The position numbers and the translations under genes are program-made. The notes under the pieces were generated by a model, which did no database searches, had not been told where the DNA came from, and saw nothing but the letters and a program-made list of their open reading frames with translations. A DNA stretch of 63,987 bases, the filler included, from Octopus bimaculoides (lineage: Eukaryota): the NCBI RefSeq assembly GCF_001194135.2. It is 10 parts of 9 records of this genome, joined end to end, with 100 filler letters (N's around TTAATTAATTAA, not from the genome) between each part and the next. Parts side by side here need not be neighbours in the genome. Positions count along the whole stretch, not along the records: positions 9,688 to 26,561 come from NC_068981.1; positions 26,662 to 37,125 come from NC_069004.1; positions 37,226 to 41,880 come from NC_068990.1; 7 more parts are not named here. The stretch is one strand, 5' to 3'. Shown piece by piece: positions 25,468 to 37,720 of the stretch; positions within the stretch are counted from its first letter, which is position 1, and the number at the start of each line of letters is the position of its first letter.

Positions 25468-25500
25468 TGTCATGATTAGCAAAAGCGAAACCAGTCGACA
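25468..25500 (+). ncRNA. Decayed hammerhead downstream of a PLE GIY-YIG fragment
   Basis: TGTC-ATGATTA-GC AAAA GC-GAAAC-CA-GTC-GACA: stem I TGTC/GACA, with two substitutions in the CTGATGA box. Confidence 0.45.
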
Positions 25501-25713
25501 AACACAATACTCTTTCACTTATAAAATATATAAAAAAAATATATTAAAATTTTGTAAACTGTGTGCATTTTCCTTCTTTTATTTTATATATATATGTTGC
25601 ATTACAACTTACCGCGTGGGGATAATCAAAATTCTCTTCCTCCCTCTTTCTTACGATATATATATATATATATATATATATANNNNNNNNNNTTTTTACA
25701 TTAATCGTATTTC

Positions 25714-25757
25714 GGCCAAAGTTCTTTCGTCACACTTCTGTGACTTCATCGGTGGTC
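25714..25757 (-). ncRNA. Decayed hammerhead
   Basis: Minus strand GACCA-CCGATGA-aGTCACA gaag TGTGAC-GAAAG-AA-CTT-TGGCC. Core U4 is changed to C; stems I and II are retained. Confidence 0.5.
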
Positions 25758-25781
25758 CTTTCAACACACGATTTCACATGT

Positions 25782-25864
<83 letters not shown>

Positions 25865-26388
25865 CAGACTCTTTTTTATAGTCTTAGTCAATAACTGTGT
25901 ATCACCTTCAAATAGCCACAAATGAGTTGCAGCGAGATTGAACCTTATATTACAAGTGCCTTAAGTGCTTCGACTTGTTTGCTATCATGTGCAAAAAACA
26001 TTTGTATAAGGTTTATTTTTTTATCTAACACTGTGTGTCGTAACGATTGTACACAAATTGTCTATACAATTATGTGTACTGACATAAAAATGGGGAAAAA
26101 TTGTATAACAGGCGGTCTGAAGTATCACACTGGAATATAGTTCCCAACAAGTGACAGGTACGTGATTCGAGCCTTCAAGCACTGTCAGTGAGCCTGTTTC
26201 TTCTTGACGCTTATGATACCTATTATGTGTAGAGGATGTATGTATTTATATACCTGTGTACGTGCATATTTGAATACAATTATGAAAATGTTATGGCAAA
26301 TACATATAGAACAGTATATGCATGAGTTACATTCAAAGTATTCAGGAGTATTGAACGAATATAATACATATTTATATTTCTATAATAG

Positions 26389-26484
26389 ATGATCCGAAAC
26401 CCAATGGAAGGTTCCGGTTGTTATGCTATTTGTGCAGCTGTGTTACGCAACCAAAATTCGGTCATTGAACATTTAAATTTTCAG
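26389..26484 (+). CDS. LRRC74A: LRRC74-like exon F
   Basis: Acceptor tttctataatag, donor CAG|gtattc. MIRNPMEGSGCYAICAAVLRNQNSVIEHLNFQ resembles the NPMxxxGCY motif after the last LRR of LRRC74-type proteins. Upstream and downstream exons were not found. Confidence 0.88.
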
Positions 26485-26491
26485 GTATTCG

Positions 26492-26561
<70 letters not shown>

Positions 26562-26661
26562 NNNNNNNNNNNNNNNNNNNNNNNNNNNNNNNNNNNNNNN
26601 NNNNNTTAATTAATTAANNNNNNNNNNNNNNNNNNNNNNNNNNNNNNNNNNNNNNNNNNNN

Positions 26662-26738
<77 letters not shown>

Positions 26739-27238
26739 TATATAAGCAGAGATATACAAAGAATGTGATAGAGAGGCTGACAGAGACACACAGACACACA
26801 CAATGTACATACACACACATAATGTATACGTACATACATACACACACTCAGATATTTACAGATACATAAACATACAGATATATAACTACATGTCAATATG
26901 TAGTTATCTCTCTCTCACTCTCTCACTTAAACACATACACACACACAAATGTATGCGTGTGTATCTGTACGTATCTATTTATATATGTGTGTATGTGTGT
27001 GTATGTGTGTATACCTAGGTATCTATGCACATATGTATGTGTGTATATATATATATATAAATATAGTATACGTAGTAAAGATTATTTGCCAACATAATGT
27101 GGCAGTCCTGGTTAGGACGATTGTTACTGCTGTTTAACACCAGGAAACATCGTCTCCAGCTGGCTATACGACACACTGTCTGCGTCCTTATCACTTTCTC
27201 GTTCAGAGATTTAGAAATAATTAATTTCCATTTATTAT

Positions 27239-27270
<32 letters not shown>

Positions 27271-28175
27271 GTATATATATATATATATNNNNNNNNNNNN
27301 NNNNNNNNNNNNNNNNNNNNNNNNNNNNNNNNNNNNNNNNNNNNNNNNNNNNNNNNNNNNNNNNNNNNNNNNNNNNNNNNNNNNNNNNNNNNNNNNNNNN
27401 NNNNNNNNNNNNNNNNNNNNNNNNNNNNNNNNNNNNNNNNNNNNNNNNNNNNNNNNNNNNNNNNNNNNNNNNNNNNNNNNNNNNNNNNNNNNNNNNNNNN
27501 NNNNNNNNNNNNNNNNNNNNNNNNNNNNNNNNNNNNNNNNNNNNNNNNNNNNNNNNNNNNNNNNNNNNNNNNNNNNNNNNNNNNNNNNNNNNNNNNNNNN
27601 NNNNNNNNNNNNNNNNNNNNNNNNNNNNNNNNNNNNNNNNNNNNNNNNNNNNNNNNNNNNNNNNNNNNNNNNNNNNNNNNNNNNNNNNNNNNNNNNNNNN
27701 NNNNNNNNNNNNNNNNNNNNNNNNNNNNNNNNNNNNNNNNNNNNNNNNNNNNNNNNNNNNNNNNNNNNNNNNNNNNNNNNNNNNNNNNNNNNNNNNNNNN
27801 NNNNNNNNNNNNNNNNNNNNNNNNNNNNNNNNNNNNNNNNNNNNNNNNNNNNNNNNNNNNNNNNNNNNNNNNNNNNNNNNNNNNNNNNNNNNNNNNNNNN
27901 NNNNNNNNNNNNNNNNNNNNNNNNNNNNNNNNNNNNNNNNNNNNNNNNNNNNNNNNNNNNNNNNNNNNNNNNNNNNNNNNNNNNNNNNNNNNNNNNNNNN
28001 NNNNNNNNNNNNNNNNNNNNNNNNNNNNNNNNNNNNNNNNNNNNNNNNNNNNNNNNNNNNNNNNNNNNNNNNNNNNNNNNNNNNNNNNNNNNNNNNNNNN
28101 NNNNNNATATATATACATATATATATATATGTATACATATATGTGAATATACATGTATATGTATATAATTGTATG

Positions 28176-28206
<31 letters not shown>

Positions 28207-28535
28207 GTATATACATATGTATATATATATATATTATACATATTCTTTTCTTCCTTTCTTTTACCTGCGTCAGTTCTTTGACTGCGGCCATGCCAGAGCA
28301 CCACCTTTAGTCGACCAAATCGACGTCAGGACTTATATTTTGTAAGCCTAGTATTTATTCTATCGGGTTCTTTTGCCTTGCCGTACCGCTAAGTTGTTGG
28401 GACGTAAACACACCAACATAAGTTATTAAGCGATGGTGGGGGGAAAGACAAACAAGGACACACAAACATATACATATTCATACTTATATATCTATATCTG
28501 TATATATATCTATATCTATATCTATATCTATATAT

Positions 28536-28577
<42 letters not shown>

Positions 28578-28767
28578 CTATGAGAGCGATTTTGTGTGTA
28601 AAGATAGAGTACACACACTCACACACAAGCACACACAAGGAGACGTAGATGGAGAGGGGGACAGAAAGATACTCGGAAATATAAGAAATACGTATGTTTA
28701 TATATACGTGTCTATATGGGCATAAGTGCCTACAACAACGGGTACACACACGCATATATATATATGC

Positions 28768-28798
<31 letters not shown>

Positions 28799-29722
28799 TA
28801 TATGTGTTTTATATATANNNNNNNNNNNNNNNNNNNNNNNNNNNNNNNNNNNNNNNNNNNNNNNNNNNNNNNNNNNNNNNNNNNNNNNNNNNNNNNNNNN
28901 NNNNNNNNNNNNNNNNNNNNNNNNNNNNNNNNNNNNNNNNNNNNNNNNNNNNNNNNNNNNNNNNNNNNNNNNNNNNNNNNNNNNNNNNNNNNNNNNNNNN
29001 NNNNNNNNNNNNNNNNNNNNNNNNNNNNNNNNNNNNNNNNNNNNNNNNNNNNNNNNNNNNNNNNNNNNNNNNNNNNNNNNNNNNNNNNNNNNNNNNNNNN
29101 NNNNNNNNNNNNNNNNNNNNNNNNNNNNNNNNNNNNNNNNNNNNNNNNNNNNNNNNNNNNNNNNNNNNNNNNNNNNNNNNNNNNNNNNNNNNNNNNNNNN
29201 NNNNNNNNNNNNNNNNNNNNNNNNNNNNNNNNNNNNNNNNNNNNNNNNNNNNNNNNNNNNNNNNNNNNNNNNNNNNNNNNNNNNNNNNNNNNNNNNNNNN
29301 NNNNNNNNNNNNNNNNNNNNNNNNNNNNNNNNNNNNNNNNNNNNNNNNNNNNNNNNNNNNNNNNNNNNNNNNNNNNNNNNNNNNNNNNNNNNNNNNNNNN
29401 NNNNNNNNNNNNNNNNNNNNNNNNNNNNNNNNNNNNNNNNNNNNNNNNNNNNNNNNNNNNNNNNNNNNNNNNNNNNNNNNNNNNNNNNNNNNNNNNNNNN
29501 NNNNNNNNNNNNNNNNNNNNNNNNNNNNNNNNNNNNNNNNNNNNNNNNNNNNNNNNNNNNNNNNNNNNNNNNNNNNNNNNNNNNNNNNNNNNNNNNNNNN
29601 NNNNNNNNNNNNNNNNNNNNNNNNNNNNNNNNNNNNNNNNNNNNNNNNNNNNNNNNNNNNNNNNNNNNNNNNNNNNNNNNNNNNNNNNNNNNNNNNNNNN
29701 NNNNNNNNNNNNNNNNNNNNNN

Positions 29723-29766
<44 letters not shown>

Positions 29767-29891
29767 CCAAGTAAGTTAGGGGCGGTGAATCCGATAATAA
29801 TAATAATAATAGTAATAATAATATATAATAATATAGTAATAATAATATAATAATATATAATAATAATAATAGTAATAATAATAATAATAAC

Positions 29892-29949
<58 letters not shown>

Positions 29950-30049
29950 GACTGAGGTAACTCCTCCAGAAGATTTAGAGTCAAAATTAAAAGAAGTGTG
30001 CCATTGTCATCTAGTGAACGATATTTCGACATCTCGTGTGTCTTCAGCA

Positions 30050-30798
30050 GCTTCAAAAAATAGTATGATCTTCTTTGAATGAAGTCCTGCTCTCGGTTGT
30101 TGAACTGACCGTCCTCCTCGACGGATCCAAGAACGGCGGCGTTTAACATTATGGTAAAGAATCCACTTTTCATCACCTGTAAAAAGCCTATCTAAAAATG
30201 TTGCTTGAAAGTGTCTCGAAAGCAATGATTGACAACACGCAGCACGCTGCTGTCGATTCTCTAGAGACAGCTCATGAGGGACCCATTTTCCAGCCACTGA
30301 AACCTTTCCAATGTGTTTTAGCTGGCGTACCACGGTTGTATGGGCCACGTTTAACTGTTCTGCAAGTTCCCTAGGTAGGGATCTCTAAAACAAGAGTTTC
30401 CAACATTTCGGAATCAAGTTTTTTTTTGGACGACCCTCTTTTGGCTCTTCCTTCAAAATGAAATCACCACTTTGGAAACGGGAAAACCACCTCCTGCAGC
30501 TTCTTTCATTCACTACATCATCCCCATAAGTGCTCTGAATAGATCTTTGTCGCTGCACTTGCATTAACACCTTTATGGAATTCGTAGAGTAAAATATTTC
30601 TTATGTGATCTTTAGATGGGAGAAACATGGTGGTAAAATTTTCTGAGAATTATGGCCAGAAGTTAGATTATCTGAAAGAAAATTGTACAAGTTAGACGCA
30701 GAGATATCTTAAAACTATAAGAAGAGGTTAAAAAATTGATAAATTCGTTTTGAAACATTTTTTTCTAGAAATCGGACATTACTTTTGCACCAACCTGA
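30050..30798 (-). mobile_element. mariner (DD34D) transposon, 5' half
   Basis: WVPHEL and FTGDEKWILYHN motifs and HTH segment RRWFSRFQSGDF. TIR TCAGGTTGGTGCAAAAGTAATG with TA target site at 30799-30800. Confidence 0.92.
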
Positions 30799-30802
30799 TA
30801 TA

Positions 30803-31300
30803 TATGTCTATAGTCTATACGTACACTTGACCATGCAATATCGTTCTCAGGCCACGATTGTTATATCATCGATGGTGCCTTGGCTGCTAATGCCCAACTT
30901 TACATGATTTTACCAAATTTTCAATGTCCCCGTCTACTGACGGCCAATACACGCAACTGCTCATCAAAGCTTTCATCCTTCACATCCCCGGGTGTCCACT
31001 ATGAAATTCATGTAATATCCGTTTCTATAGTGCAGTTGGTACTATCACTCTTTCTGCGTACATTAATGCATCGTAGCAGAGTGGAAAATGGTTCGCATTC
31101 ATGTTTCTCTTGTTTATTTTTCAAGTTTCCCTTCATAGTTATGATGTATTCGTCCTCCGCTGATTTACTTTTTATATCTTGTACAGTCACTGGCAACTCT
31201 TGAATGACATTACACATGTATGTACACATGTATGTACACATGTATGTACAAATAGATCTCATAATGCAGGGAAACGGTTGCATAATCAAGTACCTGCATG
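30803..31300 (-). mobile_element. Ty3/Gypsy pol fragment (integrase HHCC zinc finger)
   Basis: ELPVTVQDIKSKSAEDEYI, ILHEFHSGHPGM*RMKALMSSCVYWPSVDGDIENLVKSCK and SWPENDIAWSSVRIDY. Confidence 0.85.
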
Positions 31301-32895
31301 CCTGGAGAACTACGCACGTTTCCACAAATTATATGATTTTAGCACCAGAGTCGGTATCCTTGGGATTAGTACAGTATAGTCCGTAGTATCCGAGGGCATC
31401 CGGTTGATCATCATCATTGAATCATTTCCTCAGACGATATAACATGAGTGGATGAACCAGTGAGGGATATTTATCCCTTCTTGCCAGTATGAAGCCCAAT
31501 TTAACTATATTCATCCTACATTATATCAGCATAATCATGATGCAACCCCGAAAATCTGACTCAATCGTCAGTATCATTAAACAGTAGCTAGAATAATGAA
31601 ATAGGAGCGTTATTTGCATACCTCTAACGTTACGTGTCTGGCCATCAGTTCGATTTCCGGCGGTCCGTTGTGTCTTTGAGCAAGGCACTTTATTTCAAGT
31701 TGTCCCTGTCCACTCAACTGGCAAAAATGAGCAGCACCTGTATTTCAAATGACCAGCCTTGTCACATTTTGTATCATGCTGAATGTCTCTGATAACTACG
31801 TTACGAGTAGACATATCTGTGGAGTGGTGAGTCACATGTTAATTTTAAAAGCAGACAGTTCTATCGAGCGGATTAACTGGTACACTCGCTGTCGTGTACA
31901 TGTGTATATATGTATACATATTATTTTTGTTTTTTATTCTGTTTGCATCGTATGTATGTCTGTATGGCTAATTATTATGGAGCAATATAACTGCACCACA
32001 TATGATTATTGCCATATATGGCTAAAATCTAACTACAATCACTCGTGATATCTAATGTCATCCGGCTGGATTTTTTTATGTATGCGTGTGATTGTGTGTG
32101 TGTATGTATGTGTGCGTGTGTGCGTATGAGAGAGAGAGAGAGAGGTGGGGATAACTACAGCGTTAGGGATGTCATCTCCAGCAATGTGTGAAGACTGAAT
32201 TATGAAAACATTTTTAACAACAAAAGTACTTGATTCAAAATTTTAAATTTTCAACCAAACAGTAAAGAATAAATCACACCAAAAAGGAACAGCAACAAAC
32301 CAAAAAAAAAAAAAATATGGCGATGTGATGTCTCTGCAGAGAAATGCAGCATTGCTTCTTTACTAAAAATTAATTAAAACTAGTTGAAGTCAAAATGTTC
32401 TCCATGTTGTGGAATAACAGTTATGTATTCAGAATAGAATCCATTAACGATATTTAATCCACGGTTTCCCACGTGATATCTTTGTCTTGAATCAGTTATC
32501 TGTCTGCAGGCATACTGGGGCACTGCATTGATCAGTTTCAGTGGCACACATCGACCCCACTATTTAATTATGATTTATTTATTTATTTTTAAAGCTAGGT
32601 ACTTAATCAGTCGATTTTCCCTTTTTTTTTTGTTTTGTTCCAAGCGGGTGTTAAATTGTGTCTGATAGCCGACACGGGCTTTCTAATGCAATCTACAAGG
32701 TTAACACTCCAATCAAATTGTTATATATTCACGTGTATATGTGTGTATGTGTGCGTATATAATACTTTTACACTAATATATATAGATGCGTGTATGCATG
32801 TGTATATGCGTGCGCAAATGTACATGTATATGTTTATACAAATGTATGTGCATACACAGTACATGCGCAAAAATATAGGCGCATATGCACATTTA

Positions 32896-33900
32896 CGAAG
32901 TGGTATCAAACAATTCCCGAACTAGTTATGTTTAATAAAAAATAACTTATTTACCAAAGTTTTAACATCCTATCGTCCGAAATAGTGACCTAGTGTCGCA
33001 ATACACCGGTCCCGGGGTTCCTGTCACTTTTGGAATCCGGCCTAGAAGTCGTTTTCCGTGAGTTGAGGACCTGCGATTCGCTCTCGATCTCGACAACAGT
33101 TTTAAAACGGCGACCTTTGGGCTGCGTTTTCATCTTGGTGAAGAGATGGAAGTCCACAGGCGCTGAATCTGGCGAATAGGGCGGGTGTAGAAGCGACACC
33201 ATGTTGTTTTTGGCGAGAAACTCACACGAGTGAGGCAGCTCGGTGACAGGGTGCCTTGTCATCGTGAAGAATCTCCAATTCTTGGCGCTCCACAGATCCG
33301 GTCACCTGCGCTGAATGCCCTCCCTCAAACGCTTCAAACGTCGTTGATTGACCTCCGTCGATTCTCATGCACAAGCTGATGAATTTTCGCCGCATTTCCG
33401 GAGGTGGCGCTCGTGNNNNNNNNNNNNNNNNNNNNNNNNNNNNNNNNNNNNNNNNNNNNNNNNNNNNNNNNNNNNNNNNNNNNNNNNNNNNNNNNNNNNN
33501 NNNNNNNNNNNNNNNNNNNNNNNNNNNNNNNNNNNNNNNNNNNNNNNNNNNNNNNNNNNNNNNNNNNNNNNNNNNNNNNNNNNNNTGGTGGCGGCGGTGG
33601 CGGTGGTGGTGGTGGTGGTGGTAGTGATGTAGGTGATGAATGTGATGGTAATGATGACGATGTTGATGATGATTTTGATGACGACGATGACAACGAATAT
33701 GATGATGATGATGAAGATGATGATGATGAAGATGATGATGATGAAGATGATGATGATGAAGATGATGATGATGAATACATATATGACGCAACGATACCTC
33801 TTATTACATTATCACACGGCCTGCTGGAAACAGCAGTCAAATCTCTCTGAAAACTTACACATTCGGCTTCGAAATAGAATAGAAACAAAAGAAAAAAAGA
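32896..33900 (-). mobile_element. mariner transposon remnant interrupted by a gap and microsatellites
   Basis: LHDDKAPCH and LLHPPYSPDSAPVDFHLF motifs. Terminus TA|CGAAGTGGTATCAAACAATTCCCGAACT at 32894. Confidence 0.85.
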
Positions 33901-34069
33901 GAATTAAAGCACGCATTAGATACTGTGATCCTAGATATACTATGCCAATATTAAAAAAAAAACAAACTGAAAAACAAAGACTAGATGCAATAGTCATAGT
34001 TGTGACGCTTTCAATCTTATGCCAGTTCGTTCAGCTGCGAATTGAAGACGAATACCAAACAACAGCAGC

Positions 34070-34100
<31 letters not shown>

Positions 34101-34126
34101 GCAACAACAACAACAACAACAACATC

Positions 34127-34178
<52 letters not shown>

Positions 34179-34185
34179 TAATAAT
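33586..34185. repeat. (GGT)n, (GAT)n, (CAA)n and (TAA)n microsatellite cluster
   Basis: Direct. Confidence 0.95.
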
Positions 34186-34662
34186 TCAGCATGGCCCACA
34201 GCTCATGAGTTGAAACTAGATAAAATGAAAATGAAAATGAAAATAAATACATTTAGCATTGCATTTCAAAATTTTTTGCAATGGAATTTTAAAACATTTT
34301 TTTGCTAATTTTTTCCAATGAATAAATTAAGTAACCACTTTAAAACTTTAAAAGTGTTTTATTCACATGAAATCCATTAAGTTTTACATTTAATCTTGTG
34401 TGTGATGAAGTGGTCATATTTTCTTTTTTTCTTTTCTTTTAGTTTTTTTTTTTAATAAAACTGTTTAAAGTTAAAGATCTTAAACATTTTACGATTGAAG
34501 AATTTTTTTACGGCGCTGAATAAGATACCACACACAAACACACACACACTCAGACGTATACACTCTCACGCGCACGCTGACACCGACATTTGTATGTGAT
34601 GTACAAAAGTCCATCACACACACACTCAAACAGCATACACACATATATGTATATTCGTGTGT

Positions 34663-34695
<33 letters not shown>

Positions 34696-34705
34696 NNNNN
34701 NNNNN

Positions 34706-34741
<36 letters not shown>

Positions 34742-34755
34742 ACAAATATACATAT

Positions 34756-34764
34756 TCTGGCGAG

Positions 34765-34798
<34 letters not shown>

Positions 34799-34807
34799 CT
34801 CGCCTGA
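34756..34807. repeat. Short hairpin: GGCGAGAACATA-(TA)n-TATGTTCTCGCC
   Basis: Direct reading. Arms pair perfectly around the self-complementary (TA)n. Confidence 0.85.
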
Positions 34808-35059
34808 AGATCGTTGTGGCGTGAAATTTAAGCCATTCAGTTTCAATACATCGTGCATTGAAAGCTCTTATTCTTTCGTTATAATTCACAGTTCCCGAAA
34901 AAATGTTTGATACTCTCCCTTCATTATTTTAGACAGCCTGACCATTTTACTTTGAAACTAGCGTCTCAAGGGACATACACACACGTACACACAGAGACAC
35001 ACACAGAGTGCATAACACAGCATCTTAAATAAGTTATAGCCTAGATCGATCTGAGTGAC

Positions 35060-35240
35060 CTAAAATGTGTCATGATGCATCTAAAGAAAGTGAACAATGA
35101 AATAATTATATCCTGCGGTCAGCGGACACATTTGTCCAATCCCAGGCAAAATCAAGACCATCATTGTCCCCATTGTGATTTCGTTGCAAAATCCATTCCT
35201 GCACTCAAAATGCATTCCCGCATTCAATGTAAATAGATGC
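35060..35240 (+). mobile_element. LINE C-terminal zinc-finger fragment
   Basis: HCPHCDFVAKSIPALKMHSRIQCK*. Confidence 0.45.
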
Positions 35241-35877
35241 AGCTTCTGTTCTAAATTATTTCTTATTTTCAATCTTTTCCGTCAAGCACTCATACGTCGA
35301 AATTGATGGGTGTGACCATCACGTATATAACTATGTATATATATATATATGTATATATATAAAATTAAACAATGGGGTAAAAAATTGGATATTAATTAAT
35401 ATCAATTTAATACTAGGTAACTAGCACATTAAGAGAATCGGGGACATTCAGAAAAAATATCTGAGATCTCAAGGATTATTGCATGTTTATATAAAAATAT
35501 TGCTTCGCTAGATTCCCTTTAAGAATTATTCGGTCTTAGTAGACACATGACGTGATCTTCTTCTAGCACATTACCAGTCCACCTAGTGGCATCCGGTATA
35601 TATACTCGTATATATATATATATATNNNNNNNNNNNNNNNNNNNNNNNNNNNNNNNNNNNNNNNNNNNNNNNNNNNNNNNNNNNNNNNNNNNNNNNNNNN
35701 NNNNNNNNNNNNNNNNNNNNNNNNNNNNNNNNNNNNNNNNNNNNNNNNNNNNNNNNNNNNNNNNNNNNNNNNNNNNNNNNNNNNNNNNNNNNNNNNNNNN
35801 NNNNNNNNNNNNNNNNNNNNNNNNNNNNNNNNNNNNNNNNNNNNNNNNNNNNNNNNNNNNNNNNNNNNNNNNNNNNN

Positions 35878-36070
35878 ATTTGTCCCCCACCGTCGCTTGA
35901 CAACCGATGATGGTGTGTTTACGTCCCAGTAACCTACCGGTTCGGCAAAAGAGACGATAGAACAAGTACTAGGCTTACAAAAAATAAGTCCTGGGGTCGA
36001 TTTGTTCGACTAAAGGTGGTGCTCCAGCATGGCCGCAGTCAAATGACTGAAACAAGTAAAAGAATAAGAG
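35878..36070. mobile_element. Interspersed repeat family D
   Basis: tttgtcccccaccgtcgcttgacaaccg...ggtgctccagcatggccgcagtc. Opposite-orientation copy at about 28262-28455 and same-orientation copy at about 38275-38450. Confidence 0.75.
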
Positions 36071-37271
36071 AATATATATATATACAGTAATACTTCACTT
36101 TTCGAGGACCCGCTTTACGAGATCCCGGATTTACGAGTTTTAATTTTTCAAGCACAAGATCCAAATTTTGAACGATGTGCAAAAGTTTCTACTACCATAA
36201 CAAATGCTTCTGCGTATTACTGAGAAATTTATAGAAAGTGAAAAAAAGCTTCTAAGCAAACAACTCTAGGCCTGTTCATTAAAGGAATCTACAAGTCCGT
36301 CTACGAGTGCTTGTGAATCGGTGATCGCGTCTATAAGTGATGGTGTGCGCGAGTCTAGAGCGAGTTAAAGTGATCCAGAAAATAATAATAATAATAATAT
36401 TTTTTTTAAATTATAAATAATCTTGGCATTCTTTTTAATTTACACAAAATATTCTTTACATTCTACTGTTGTTTTATTGCCTAACGAATTCTAGGGCTGA
36501 AGAAGAAGAAAAGGAATACTGTAGCATGCAATTCAATGGAGATTTAGCTGCTATTTCTCGCCGTGCTTTTTTTTTTACCTTGTGGTTAAGAGAAGCGAGT
36601 AAAGATAGGAAATGACTAAATTGGGATAAGAATAGGGAAAAAGGGGTTTGTAAGCATGGGCAATCAAGGAGGAAGGAGTTTAGGGTGTGGGTGGAGATAT
36701 GTTAGGCTATGTACCTGTACGGATAATGTTAATTAAGACAGGTAAAAGAAGGTGAGTCTAAGATGGTCAGACAGGTGTTTTGATAAATTCAGTAATACTT
36801 TGAAGTTAGAGGGATTATTACAAACACTTTCTCTCTCTCTCTCTTTCTCCCTCTCTCTCTTTCTCCCTCTCTCTCTTTCTCCCTCTCTCTCTCTCTCTCT
36901 CTCTTTCTCCCTCTCTCTCTTTCTCCCTCTCTCTCTTTCTCCCTCTCTTTCTCTCTCTGTCGTTTCCCTCCTCCCATTCCTCTATCTCTTTCTTTGTCTT
37001 TGCTTCTCTCTCTCCCCTCTTATCCTCCTCCCTCCCCACCGCCCAATTTCTTCCTCTCCACTCTCTCTTTCATGTACTCTCACTACTCTTCTTTCTCTCT
37101 ATCGCCACTTCTAATCCCTCTCTCTNNNNNNNNNNNNNNNNNNNNNNNNNNNNNNNNNNNNNNNNNNNNTTAATTAATTAANNNNNNNNNNNNNNNNNNN
37201 NNNNNNNNNNNNNNNNNNNNNNNNNGGGGTTGTGTGTAAGTTAAAATTCATTTCAATATCTATGGTCACAG

Positions 37272-37508
37272 AAGGCGGCGAGCTGGCAGAATGGTTAGCA
37301 CACTGGGCGAAATGCTTAGCGGTATTTCGCCTGCCATTACGTTCTGAGTTCAAATTCTGCCGAAGTCGACTTTGCCTTTCATCCTTTCGGGGTCGATAAA
37401 TTAAGTACCAGTTACACACTGGAGTCAATGTAATCGACTTAATCCGTTTGTCTGTCCTTGTTTGTCCCTTATATGTTTAGCCCCTTGTGGGCAATAATGA
37501 AATAAGAA
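37272..37508 (+). mobile_element. tRNA-derived SINE family A, near full length
   Basis: Head GGCGGCGAGCTGGCAGAA...GTTCTGAGTTCAAATT (A/B-box-like) and core CTTTCATCCTTTCGGGGTCGATAAA. At least 10 homologous copies occur in the window. Confidence 0.9.
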
Positions 37509-37720
37509 GGCAGCATGCTGGCAGAATTGTTAATACACCAGGCAAAATGAGTGGTGACATTTCATCTGTCTTTGTGTTCTGAGTTCAAATTCCACTGAGG
37601 TCGACTTTGACTTTCATCCTTTCAGGATTAATAAAATGAGTACCAGTTGAGCTCTGGAGCTGATGTGTTCGACTTATCCTCTCCCACGAATTTGCTGGCC
37701 TTGTGCCAAAATTTGAAATC
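37507..37720 (+). mobile_element. SINE family A, second tandem copy
   Basis: Older, CpG-decayed copy immediately after the 37272 copy. Confidence 0.8.

Noticed and set aside
31008-31325. 105-aa minus-strand ORF as a novel gene
   Set aside because: It is part of the Gypsy pol fragment plus a 12-bp tandem repeat.
33404-33850. Asp/Gly-rich acidic ORF, and the Gln/Asn-rich ORF at 34042-34308
   Set aside because: These are translations of (GAT)n, (GGT)n, (CAA)n and (TAA)n with no splice or homology support.
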